Part shown: one piece after another, positions 12,351 to 23,863 of the stretch
Layout: each line of letters opens with the position of its first letter
Position numbering within the stretch: position 1 is the stretch's first letter
From: Octopus bimaculoides
Taxonomy: Eukaryota
Assembly: GCF_001194135.2 (NCBI RefSeq)
Contig: NC_069002.1
Location: 28,143,406 to 28,194,165 of the forward strand
Direction: 5' to 3'
Length of the DNA: 50,760 nt
Made by a program: the position numbers and the translations under genes
Notes under the pieces: generated by a model
The model's input: only the letters and a program-made list of their open reading frames with translations
Told to the model about the DNA's origin: nothing
The model's database searches: none

Positions 12351-13219
12351 TGTACATTTGAACCATATACATACATACATTATATATATATATATATATA
12401 TATATATAACTGGAATAAAATGTGTCTGTCACGCTTTTGACATTCAAAATTTATTTGACCTGCAATCCAAACCTTTGCATCTTTCTCCATGACATGTGTA
12501 TGTCTGTGTGCATGTGTATGTGTGTTTTTGTGTGTGTGTGTGTGTATGAATGTATATGATTGTGTATGTGTGATTGTATGCGTGTGTGTATGTGAATGTA
12601 TGTGATTGCGAGTGTGTATGGGCATGTTTCTAAGTATGTACACACACACGCACACACACACACACACACATATATATATACACACACACACACACACATA
12701 TGTATGTGTGTGTATGCGTTAGATACCCAGTGACGCATTCCATCTAGAAGACCTTTTTCTTTTCTTTTCTCTTCCACCCCAAAGCAGGGTTCCCTGCTTT
12801 CTCTTTGTTTTCTGCGCTGGAGATAGTTATTTAATCTTAAATGCAAAAGCATAGGTTGAAGGTTCAAATCTAGATTAAACCAGGCGTTTAGAGAAACAAA
12901 AATAACTGACAAAGTGTTAATTCCTGATTGACTTAGAAGCGTTTGGCAATCATTAGGTATCGATATCTCGAAACCATTGAAGGACAGGATGAGAAAGAGC
13001 GCAAAGTAACGAGGTGAGTGTGCGGGGTGGGGTGTGGAAGTGTGGGTGTGGGTGGGGGNNNNNNNNNNNNNNNNNNNNNNNNNNNGTGGGGGTGTGGGTG
13101 GGCGGTGGTGGGTGAGATCATCGAAGAAAGAAAGGAAACCAAATGTGAGAGTCCATCAATGAATCCGATCTGTGAATGGATCATTAATTCTTGAAAGGAA
13201 ATATAAAAGCTGATGATGA

Positions 13220-13242
13220 AGTTATTATTATTACTATTATTG

Positions 13243-13274
<32 letters not shown>

Positions 13275-13780
13275 GTTGTTGTTGCTGTCATCATCATCAT
13301 CATCATCATTATCATCATCATCATTATCAGATCATTGAGGAAATGTGGAATTTGAATGTATTGGATGGGCGATAGAGAATGAAGGAATATTTGTGGGATG
13401 ATGATGATGATGATGATGATGATGGTGGTGGGGTGGGGTTGAAGGTGGTGACGATAGTGGTGTTGGTGCTGGAGGTAATGGTGGTGTTGGTGCTCGTGGG
13501 TATTACGGTGATGGTGGGCTTTGGTTGCTGTTGGTGATGATGATGATGATGATGATAAAGCAGCAGATGATGTGCAACCCTACAATTAAGGACGGCGACG
13601 GTGAAGGGGATCTGCACGATGATTATCATTCACTCTGATGGTGGTGGTGGTGGTGGTGGTGGTGATAGTGGCGATGGTGATGAATGTGAAGATGTGATGA
13701 TGATGGTTGTGATAATGGTGCTGATTGTTATGATGTTGATGATGCTAATTGTTATGATGACGAAATACATCACTGAAGAT
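13220..13780. repeat. Compound trinucleotide microsatellite patchwork (TTA/GTT/CAT/GAT/GGT)
   Basis: Direct reading. Confidence 0.95.
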
Positions 13781-14389
13781 GCTGATGAATACCGCGATTT
13801 TGAAAGATTTTAATGAACTTTTGGGCCGCTGGAAATGCAAACGATTGGCTATGCAAATTGATATTTAAAGTCATATTAAATTTCGACTTCAGTTTCCGAT
13901 GCATAAATAAAACTTACATATTCATTTTCATTCACCGTACATATCATTTTCGTTTTAAAATTTATAGCTTTAAATTGGATTAGGTTATCTAATTAGAAGC
14001 AAACCTTTGAAACAGATACCCGGTACTGAGATAGCTCTGTCGAAAGTAGTCGGTTAATATGACGGGGAAGAATAAAACAGCGAATATAAATATTCATAAG
14101 AGCCGTAGAATCATATTTAGTTAACAGGATTTATATTTTGCTACCTATGCTGCTCTATAATTCGTAATTTATTATTTTTTCTTTATTTATTTGAGATATG
14201 ATCATTTGTATTATACTTTGAATTTCAGCCCCTCCCTCCAGAAATAGTGTCTGTGTTGTGGACTAATTACAGCTTTTGTTTAAAAAAAATTCTTATTTAA
14301 AAATATACAGAAGTATAGGAGAGTATTGTAGTTCGGTTGAGACATTGTGCATTGTTTGTAAAGAATAAAAAGTTTAGAATGGTACAACA

Positions 14390-14855
14390 ATGCAATTGGA
14401 GGAATTAAGAGGCCAGAAATTCGGGGCTGGTGCTTTCGTAGAAATTCTCCAACAAGTGCTTTTGACTCTTTCCGGGGGTATGGAAAGGAGCCAAATTCTG
14501 CCGCCACACAGCCTTCCAGGAGCAACCCTCTCCAGTCAGGGGTTTGACTACAGTCTCCAGCAACTTCACTTAGCCTAAGGCCCTGTTCAAAGATGTAGGA
14601 CAGCATGGTGCCATCCTCGTTGGTGTCACACCCAAAGATCATCACAGTTTGCTAAAACTTGGTTATCACGAAATCCATGTCACGTCTTCCACCCTTTACG
14701 GTGTCCACAGAGCACTGAGCAGCAGTCGTGATGTTGATATTTTGATACCCGGCGCGAACCATCATAATATATGTAACTCTATTCCAGCATTCAGATGGAT
14801 TCCAGTCCTTATGTCAGCTAACTTTTTCTCAACTACAATTTAATCTTTATGCTCT
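14390..14855 (-). repeat. Inverted duplicate of 15831-16295 (mariner fragment)
   Basis: Base-by-base comparison gives 3 substitutions and 1 single-base insertion over ~465 bp. Confidence 0.95.
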
Positions 14856-14877
14856 ATTTATAGCAGAGACTCCAGCT

Positions 14878-14922
14878 AAGAAGATCTGAAGAAGGAATTG
14901 TAATTCCGAAATATCATCGTAC
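14878..14922 (+). ncRNA. Minimal type I hammerhead ribozyme motif
   Basis: aagat-CTGAAGA-a-ggaatt-gt-aattcc-GAAA-T-ATC-atcgt: intact core, 6-bp stem II, palindromic ATAT stem III with AUC cleavage triplet, short stem I (gat/atc). Confidence 0.6.
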
Positions 14923-15380
14923 TATAGATAACCAAATTACAACAGGTATATAGTCCATTTTTTGTTCTATAGTGCATTGTCGTACCATTCTAAACTTTTT
15001 ATTCTATACAGAAGTATATTTTATTTCGTGTCATGGCTTAATGAACTGTTCCCGTATCAAAAGGTAGTGATTGGACTTGCATACTGTCTCTCTTTAAGGA
15101 TATCAGGATATTTCTGACCTTAAATATGTTATTGATCCCAGCACATAACGGTTGCTGAACGCCACCAGAAATTAGTGCTATATGTGTGTTATGTGATCGG
15201 ACATTATCAGCAATTTGAAACAGGAAAAATTACTAAATGACATTTATAAAGAAGAACGTTTTTGGAAATGTCAAGTGCTTAGGTTGCGGAATTGAATTCC
15301 AGGAGAGAGTCTAATATGTACACATGTTAATATTCTTGGAATAACATACCATTGCAGATGACTTCAACATGTTGCAATAT

Positions 15381-15581
15381 GGAGCAAAGATGTTTTGCTA
15401 ACGTAACATGGTAGTCCTGGTTTAGGACGAATGTTGCTGTAATTTAGCCTCAGGTGACATCGTCTCCAGCTGGCTATACGACACGATCTGTGTCCTTATA
15501 TTTTCGAACAAGGGTTAAATTACAGCAACATTCGTCCTAAACCAGGACTGCCATGTTATGTTGGCAAATGATCTTTGCTCC
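15381..15581. mobile_element. MITE, 201 bp with ~70-bp terminal inverted repeats
   Basis: ggagcaaagatgttttgctaacgtaacatggtagtcctggtttaggacgaatgttgctgtaatttagcc pairs with 15511-15581. No clear TSD. Confidence 0.85.
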
Positions 15582-15830
15582 AAAGTGCTATTGCTGAATA
15601 TCTCTCGTTGTGAGATTTACAAATAGTAATTTTCTAATGTTGCAATATTTCTACAAGAATCTCTGTCCTAAAGATGCATTACTTTAAAAACGTGGTTCTG
15701 TAGAAACCACGTGTCCTAATAGTTAGGGTATTGGGCCCACGATTATTCAGGTGTTTCGAGCTAAATTTGACGATTCTTAATGTCTTCTTTATTTTTCATT
15801 AACAGCTAGGTGAGTAGTCAATGGCGTTGG

Positions 15831-16550
15831 AGAGCATAAAGATTAAATTGTAGTTGAGAAAAAGTTAGCTGACATAAGGACTGGAATCCATCTGAATGCT
15901 GGAATAGAGTTACATATATTATGATGGTTCGCGCCGGGTATCAAAATATCAACACCACGACTGCTGCTCAGTGCTCTGTGGACACCGTAAAGGGTGGAAG
16001 ACGTGACATGGATTTCGTGATAACCAAGTTTTAGCAAACTGTGATGATCTTTGGGTGTGACACCAACGAGGATGGCACCATGCTGTCCTACATCTTTGAA
16101 CAGGGCCTTAGGCTAAGTGAAGTTGCTGGAGACTGTAGTCAAACCCTGACTGGAGAGGGTTGCTCCTGGAAGGCTGTGTGGCGGCAGAATTTGGCTCCTT
16201 TCCATACCCCCGGAAAGAGTCAAAAGCACTTGTTGGAGAATTTCTACGAATACACCAGCCCCGAATTTCTGGCCTCTTAATTCCTCCAATTGCATCCCCA
16301 TGGATTACAATGTGCAGAGTGTGGTTGAAAAAGACACCAAGGCCTGCAACACCAAGACCAAACTGATGGCTAGCATGAAAGAGGTGCTCGAAGATCTTCC
16401 AAGGAACAAAATGAGGAATGCATGCGCCAGATTTCAGAGCCGTCTTGAGGCCATGATGGAAGCTGGAGGCAGCTGATTTGAGCAAATTGATGGAATATTG
16501 TGCTTTATTTTCCTTTTATACAAACTGTCAAATTTAACCCGAACATCCAG
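15831..16550 (+). mobile_element. Tc1/mariner (maT/DD37D-like) transposon 3' remnant with frameshifted transposase and degenerate right TIR
   Basis: TKF*QTVMIFGC, YIFEQGLRL, LETVVKP*LERVA, QNLAPFHT..KSQK.L.ENFYEYTSP, WP.NS..C.PMDY, MRNACARFQSRLEAMMEAGG. The end gtcaaatttaacccgaacatccag resembles a maT TIR. Confidence 0.88.
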
Positions 16551-17684
16551 CAAATTCGTGGGTTCAATTCTTGGCTCGAGTAGGGCGTTGTATCGTTAAG
16601 CAGGGCATTTCATATCACGTTACTTCTGTCTACTCAGTTGAAAAGGGATACCAGTCAAATACTAGAGCAGCCCTTCCTATCCTCAGCTGTCCCATTCTCG
16701 ATGTTACCCTGGGCCAAGGGTGCTAAGATCCAAAATATTCTCTTTGCTTCTCATTACATAGACACTTAAATAAACAACCAGGGAACGCTGTGAGCTCCTA
16801 CTCGTTTGCGACTGACGGCTGGTTTGTATGTTTATGAGTGAATGTGTACGTGTGTTCTTCAACTCATTAAACTGTCCATTAAAATTTTTTTCTTGCCAAG
16901 AATTCTGTTTGTAGCATCGATGGGAACAGCAAAATGGCACCACCACCCCTACCAAAACATAAAACGATTGCGGTTTCATCTCTTCGAATGAAATTCTTTG
17001 AAGTTATTGAAACTAAATTTCGTTCAATCGACTGATCTGATCGAACGAAACGTGGGATGATTTTTTTTTTATTCTTTTACAAAATGCTTAATCTTTTCAT
17101 GGCAAGATCATGGGTGTTTCATGGCCATTTTCGACTAAGTCTTCCCTATCTTAAAGAAATTTTGTACAGCTTCTGTTGTGAAACTTCCCACATTGGGATA
17201 GAATGACGAAGTCGAAATTACACATGATGAGTGGCGGTGGTGGTGCCAGTGGTGGTAGGGGTGGTGGTGATTGCAATGGTTGTGGTTATGGTGGTGGTGT
17301 TGGTGGTGATAGTGGATCTCCGTCGTTCGACGATGAGGATTTCGTTGTTTGATTTACCGAATAACCTACTCAAGAGTTAATCAGTAAGTGGCTGAGTATC
17401 CCACAGGTATGTGTGTCCGCAATGTAATTCCCAGGCAGAATCAACCTGACGCAGTGTACGACAAGGTTGTACTATTGAATTCAATGTACAATCAATCCAA
17501 CAGGATTCAATATAGTTTCCGTCCATCCAATCGGCATGAAGCTATAGGAAATACTTTTGTGACTGTCTCTTCGTTCATCCTGTATTTTGTCAATTCCAAC
17601 ATCAATACAAACAACAACAACATTGGCAGTTAATAGTATTACTTGGTAAAATATGTAGAATCACTGTATATAGAATCCGCAGCA

Positions 17685-18043
17685 TCTTCTTCTTCTTCTT
17701 CTTTTTCTTCTTTTTCTTCTTTTTCTTCTTTTTCTTCTTTTTCTTCTTTTTCTTCTTCTTCCTTTTCTTCTTCTTCTTCTTCTTCTTCTTCTTTTTCTTT
17801 TTCTTCTTCTTCCTTTTCTTCTTCCTTTTCTTCTTCCTTTTCTTCTTCCTTTTCTTCTTCTTCCTTTTCTTCTTCTTCCTTTTCTTCTTCTTCCTTTTCT
17901 TCTTCTTCTTCTTCTTCTTCTTCTTCTTCTTCTTCTTTTTCTTCTTCTTTTTCTTCTTCTTCCTTTTCTTCTTCCTTTTCTTCTTCTTCTTCTTCTTCTT
18001 CTTCTTCTTCTTCTTCTTCTTCTTCTTCTTCTTCTTCTTCTTC
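17685..18043. repeat. (TTC)n-derived compound microsatellite running into a gap
   Basis: Direct reading; source of the poly-K, poly-R and poly-S ORFs. Confidence 0.98.
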
Positions 18044-18423
18044 NNNNNNNNNNNNNNNNNNNNNNNNNNNNNNNNNNNNNNNNNNNNNNNNNNNNNNNNN
18101 NNNNNNNNNNNNNNNNNNNNNNNNNNNNNNNNNNNNNNNNNNNNNNNNNNNNNNNNNNNNNNNNNNNNNNNNNNNNNNNNNNNNNNNNNNNNNNNNNNNN
18201 NNNNNNNNNNNNNNNNNNNNNNNNNNNNNNNNNNNNNNNNNNNNNNNNNNNNNNNNNNNNNNNNNNNNNNNNNNNNNNNNNNNNNNNNNNNNNNNNNNNN
18301 NNNNNNNNNNNNNNNNNNNNNNNNNNNNNNNNNNNNNNNNNNNNNNNNNNNNNNNNNNNNNNNNNNNNNNNNNNNNNNNNNNNNNNNNNNNNNNNNNNNN
18401 NNNNNNNNNNNNNNNNNNNNNNN

Positions 18424-19350
18424 GCCGGGAAAATGCTTGGCGGCATTTCGTCCGTCACTACGTTCTGAGTTCAAACTCCGCCGAGTTTGACTTTGCCTTT
18501 CATCCTTTCGCGAGTCGATGAATTAAATACCAGCTGCGTACTGGGGTCGATCAAATCAACTGGCCCCCTCTACCAACATTTCAGGCCTTGTACCTATACT
18601 AGAAAGGATTATTATTATTATTAATTATTATTATTATTATTGTATAAAGCGATGATCTGGCAGAAATGTTAGCACGCCGGGCGAAATGCTTAGCGGTATT
18701 TCGTCTGTCTTTACGATCTAAGTTCAAATACCACCGAGGTCAACTTTGCCTTTCATCCTTTCGGGGTCAATAAATTAAGCACCAGTTGTGTACTGGGGTT
18801 CAGTGTAATCAGTAAGTCTCCTCCTCCCAAATTTCAGGTCTTGTGCCTTTAGTAGAAAGGATTATTATCATTACGCCGGGTGAAATGCTTAGTGGTATTT
18901 CGTTTCCGGCTCGATAAAATAAGTACCAGTCATGTACTGGGGTCGATGTAATCGTCTAGCCCCTCCCCTCAAAATTTCAGATCCTGTGCCAATAGCAAAA
19001 AGGATTATTAACCGGAAAACGTAATGGACTGGCAGAGTCGTTACATTATTTACTCCTGGTCGTCACGTTCTGAGTTCAAACCCCATATGAGGTCAATTTT
19101 GTCTTTCATCAATCCAAAATCGATAAAATAAAATACCAGTAAAATAATGAGGGTCGACATAATTGACTAGTCCCTCCTTTTAAACTTACTGGCTTTCTAC
19201 AATTTATTTAGGAGATGGAATGGCAGAATTGTGATAAGGCTAGATAAAATGCATTGCGACAATAGTTCCTGAACTCTAAGTTCTGGGTTCAAATCCTACT
19301 AAGGTCAGTTTTGCATTTTATCCCTCCGAAGTCGATAAAAAGCAATACTA
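18424..19350 (+). mobile_element. Cluster of five head-to-tail family-A SINE copies, variably truncated
   Basis: gttc.gagttcaaa / ctttcatc / gataaa..aagtaccag cores near 18460, 18715, 18900, 19065 and 19280. Confidence 0.8.
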
Positions 19351-19384
19351 AAGTGACTAATCATAAACCCGTTATATTGATTTT

Positions 19385-19824
19385 AAATTTTGACACAAGG
19401 CCAGCACTTTGAGGGAAGGTTTAAGTCGATTACATCGACCCCAGTGTTCAACTGGTACTTATTTCAGCGACCCTAAAAAAATGAAAGACAAAGCCAACCC
19501 CAACAGCATTTGAACTTAGAACGTGAACATGGACGAAATACCGCTAAGCATTCTGCCCGGCGTGCTAACGTTTCTGCCAGCTCGCCGCCTTATAAACCTT
19601 TAATATTCTCTTCTACTCTAGGTACAAGGCCCGAAATTTGGGGGGGGGTAGGGAGCCAGTCGATTAAATCGACCCCAGTACGCAACTGGTACTTAATTTA
19701 TCGACCCCGAAGGGATGAAAGGCAAAGTCGAACCCGACGGAATTTGAACCCAGAATGTGAAGACAGACGAAATACCGCTAAGAATTTCGCCCGACGTGCT
19801 AACGTTTCTGCCAGCTCGCCGCCA
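19385..19824 (-). mobile_element. Two tandem family-A SINEs (19385-19590, 19609-19824); the second has an 18-bp target-site duplication
   Basis: tataaacctttaatattc at 19591-19608 and 19825-19842 flanks the second copy. Confidence 0.88.
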
Positions 19825-19904
19825 TATAAACCTTTAATATTCGCTCAAAAATGTTATCGGGGGCAAAGCAGGCGTTACTTTAGTAATTTAGCAGACGTTA
19901 CTTT

Positions 19905-19957
19905 AGTGTCGTCTGCAGAGCAGTGTCGTCTGCAGAGCAGTGTCGTCTGCAGAGCAG
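19905..19957. repeat. 17-bp perfect tandem repeat x3 (agtgtcgtctgcagagc)
   Basis: Direct reading. Confidence 0.95.
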
Positions 19958-20467
19958 ATAAATATAACCGAATGTATATTTTTTCTATATTTGACAATTC
20001 CATAAGAAAAAAACAAGGAGCCCAGAACAGTTAGAAAAACACGATACACAAAACAAACCTTTCAGTGTCCTATAGTATTCAATTGGCTAATATAGATTAT
20101 TTAGACACAGCACCGTTGTTAGTCTCCATTTGACTCAGCTCCAAATGTCTAACCTTCAGCTTGTAACACAATGTAGACTCTGACAAAAACTTTGGCGTTA
20201 TGATACGTTCAATCTTCAATCTAAACAAAACTCTTCAGATTTTGATTACTTTGTGCTTAACCACAATTTGCTTCAATCAGGCAGTTTCTTACCAGTCGGA
20301 AATCATGCGGAAAAATAATTTTCTTGCTTGTAAGTTTATTCCTACATGTATATCCCTATATAAATTTACCCAAGCATAAAAATATGCTGCATACTTTATT
20401 AATTGCTAATTATTAAACGTCAATAACTACTACCACCGACACACCATCTCCACCACCACCACCACCA

Positions 20468-20516
<49 letters not shown>

Positions 20517-20518
20517 AG

Positions 20519-20725
20519 GAGCGAGTTGGCAGAATCGTTAGCACGCTGGACGAAATGCTTAGCGGTATTTCGCCCGTCCTACGTTCTGAGTTCAAATTCT
20601 GCTGAGGTCGACTTTGCCTTTCATCTTTTCGGCGGTCGATAAAATAAGTACCTGTTGAACACCGGGGTCGATGTAATCGCCTTATCCACACCTTCAAAAT
20701 TCCTACCCTTGTAGCAAAATTTGAA
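20519..20725 (+). mobile_element. Family-A SINE
   Basis: gcgagttggcagaatcgttagcacg..gagttcaaattc..gtcgactttgcctttcatc. Confidence 0.85.
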
Positions 20726-20754
20726 ACACTCTTCTTCTTCTTCTTCTTCTTCGA

Positions 20755-21245
20755 AAGCAGTGCATGTGACACTGGGGTAAAATATACGAAGCCCAGTATA
20801 CCCATCATGACTATCCATCTAATAAGGGTACACCAGGCACATGCATCACAACAATATATGCCCGACATGGTGATCTCACAACAAGATAAACAGCACATGA
20901 CCTTGCAGGTGGGGGCCTAGTTAGAATTTTCTGCAGGTCGAGTAGCCCATCCCGCTCAAAAGGTCCCTGAATAAGGTTTGGTTAAGGATGTCGAACAGAA
21001 CACCCATGCTTCCAGAGGTAAATTATTCAAACCCCAAAGAATTCCTCTCAACGCATGGCTATGAGATGCACATATCGTCAGCCACCAAGGGACATGCTCA
21101 ACTGGTCAATGTCAACCAACTGAGAAGCAAATCTATGGTATATAGCAGAATATTTGCTCTAGCCTATCTATCATACCAAGGCAAAACAATGTACATGATA
21201 ACACTTCCAATCATTTAAGACCAGAAGTCATGAGAGCTACTGTTG
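20755..21245 (+). repeat. Unclassified ~500-bp interspersed repeat (family E); other copies 25412-25545, 36290-36490, 46165-46690
   Basis: Shared blocks gtgacactggggtaaaatatacgaagccc, gggtacaccaggcacatgcatcacaac and gtcagccaccaagggacatgctcaactgg. Confidence 0.8.
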
Positions 21246-21254
21246 GCCTTAATT

Positions 21255-22050
21255 TCTCTGTGTGTATTGGCATATCCCAGAGTATGGTTGCTTTCTCATT
21301 TTCTGTGACCTTTTTTGGTGTGTGCCTATACCTTTTTTTTCTCTCTTGTTATTCCATAGTGTTGACATAGCAGCTTCCAGTGTATATAGGCCTCAACTCT
21401 GTCGTGTCTGTTAATATATCCCTTCTTAGTCAGGACTGGGCAGCCAGAGACAATATGATTTATTGTTTCTTCTCCATCTCCACATATTCCGCAGTTACTT
21501 GTATTTCTTTTCATTACATGTTTTTGGTGATTTCCGGTGGGAAGGCTTTGATCTTGTGCTGCAATTAAAAATCCTTCATTCTCTGCTTTGAATCCTGAGT
21601 TTTTCAGCCATTGTTGAGATTTTACTTTGTCTATTTCTTTTCTGTTTAGTTTAACTCAGTATTTACCATGTAGGGGCTTTTCTTGCCATCGTTTTATCAT
21701 GATCCGTTGCTGTTCTAGTTTTAGTTTGGATTTCAGTTTGTTTTTTCTTTTTCTTCATAGTTAAAAAAATTTTTTGTATTTGTCAGCTTCCTTAAAGACT
21801 GAAAAGTTTTTTGTTTTATTCGTGTTTTGTAGCTATTTGTATTAGTCTTCCTTGCTTCTGAAGGAGATATTTCTGTAGTCCTACGGTGGTTATTTTGTAA
21901 TAGTATGTCTGACTTTTTTCTAATTCTCTTATTTCATTTGCTTTATCTAGTGTGATGTTGCTAGGACGCTCCCCCACTACTTCTCAAGATTTTCACTCAC
22001 CGTTTCCAGCTAACCTGTCATATCTATCGACTTTTCTTTCTTCCTTATCG
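21255..22050 (-). mobile_element. Dong/R4-like LINE fragment (post-RT region and CCHC knuckle), decayed
   Basis: CGICGDGEETINHIVSGCPVLTKKGYINRHDRVEAYIHWKL, with upstream AAQDQ-type sequence. Confidence 0.85.
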
Positions 22051-22059
22051 CATACCCTG

Positions 22060-22109
<50 letters not shown>

Positions 22110-22111
<2 letters not shown>

Positions 22112-22713
22112 GGCGGTGAGCTGGCAGATCGTTAGCACGTTGAAAAAATATTTAGCGGTATTTCATCTGGTTTTATGTTCTGAATTCAAATCCCATTGAA
22201 GTCGACTTTGCCTTTCATCCTTTCGTTGGTCGATAAATTAAGTACCAGTGAAACACTGGGGTCAATGTAATCGACTAGTCCCCTCCCACCAAATTTCAGG
22301 CCTTGTGCCTTTAGTAGAAAGGATTATCCTTATGAACATGGCGAGGTGGTTGAATCTTGCGTTCTGAGTTCAAATTCCGCCGAGGTCGACTTTGCCTTTC
22401 ATCCTTTCGTTGGTCAATAAATTAAGTACCAGTTGTGTACTGGCGTCGAAGAAATCGTCTATCCTCCTCCCCCAAATTTCAGGCCTTGTGCCTATAGAAA
22501 AAAGGATTATTATTGAGAGAGCAGTGCACGCCATAATAATAATTATTATTTCGTCTGTCGTTACGTTTTGAGTTCAAATTCCGCCGAGGTCGACCTTGCC
22601 TTTCATTCTTTCGGGGTCGATAATATAAGTACCAGTGAAACAGTGGGGGTGGACGTAATCGACTCGCCTCTTCCCCCAAATTTCAGGCCTTGTGCCTTTA
22701 GTAGAAAGGGTTA
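22110..22713 (+). mobile_element. Three head-to-tail family-A SINEs following an (ATT)n tract
   Basis: Each ends aaatttcaggccttgtgcct..agaaa.ggattatt. Confidence 0.85.
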
Positions 22714-23394
22714 TTATTATCATTGCTGTTGTTGTTGTGGTTGTTTTTGTTGCTTAATTAAACCCAAATTTTAATTCGCAAGTTGTAATAACATTTATAT
22801 TAACACTGAACATGTTTAAGCTATTTTCATAATTAAATCTTGCAGTTTTCGGTTTCATGATTCAAGTCTAGATTTAAATTTACCCGAATCAATTTATATT
22901 AAAATACACCATATTTATGCCATCAACATTTAAACCAAACTTATAATTCCTGAATCGCACCAACACTTCGTTGCTAAAAACATGCTAAAACGATTTTTTT
23001 CTAATTATAATATTTAATTTCTTAGTTACTTAATTACAATCTGCAATCAAAATTTATTCGCCAAGAATTTGCTGTTCAAATTCATAATTTACGCTTGGAA
23101 ACTAATATGCTTATGTAATAGTGTGTGTGTGAGTGAGTATGTGTTTCTGCGTGTGTTTGTGTACGAGTGCCAATGCGTGCGTGTTTGTATGCATGTGAGC
23201 TTACGTGTGTGTGTGTGTGTTTGTGTTTGTGTTAGTGTGTGGTGTGTGAGTCTTTGAGATTGCAAGTGTTCGTGTGTGTGTGTGTGTGTGTGTGTGTGTT
23301 TATGCTAGTGTTTCTGTGGTTAAGTTTGTGCGCGTGTGTGGGTGGTGGGGGGTATTAAGTGTGAATTCTTTGTGTGTGTATGTTTGTAGGTGTA

Positions 23395-23619
23395 TTCTAC
23401 CTCTCTATCTGTCTATCTCTCTCTCTCTCTTTCTCTATCTATCTGTCTATTTATCTCTCTGTCTATTTATCTCTCTGTCTATTTATCTCTCTGTCTATTT
23501 ATCTATCTGTCTATTTATCTATCTGTCTATTTATCTATCTGTCTATTTATCTATCTGTCTATTTATCTATCTGTCTATTTATCTCTCTGTCTATTTATCT
23601 CTCTGTCTATTTATCTCTG

Positions 23620-23674
<55 letters not shown>

Positions 23675-23863
23675 CTCTCTCTCAGTCTGTCTCTCTCTGT
23701 GTCTGTTTCTCTGTCTGTCTGTCTCTCTCTCTGTCTCTCTCTCTCTTTCTCTATCTGTCTGTCTGTCTCTCTCTCTATCTATCTATCTTTCTCCACCTCA
23801 ATCTCTCCCACTCTCCCCTCACCCCTGTCTCCCCTCTCCCCTCACCCCTGTCTCCCCTCTCCC
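23395..23863. repeat. (TCTA/TCTG/TC)n compound microsatellite running into a gap
   Basis: Direct reading. Confidence 0.97.

Noticed and set aside
12781-12800. Hairpin aaagcaggg-tt-ccctgcttt resembling a terminator
   Set aside because: Intrinsic terminators are not meaningful in this eukaryotic context, and a 9-bp stem can occur by chance.
14280-14645. 121-aa ORF as a novel small gene
   Set aside because: It is an out-of-frame read of the duplicated mariner transposase fragment.
17388-17633. 81-aa ORF in unique-looking sequence
   Set aside because: GTG start, no recognisable motif, and it ends in an (AAC)n tract.
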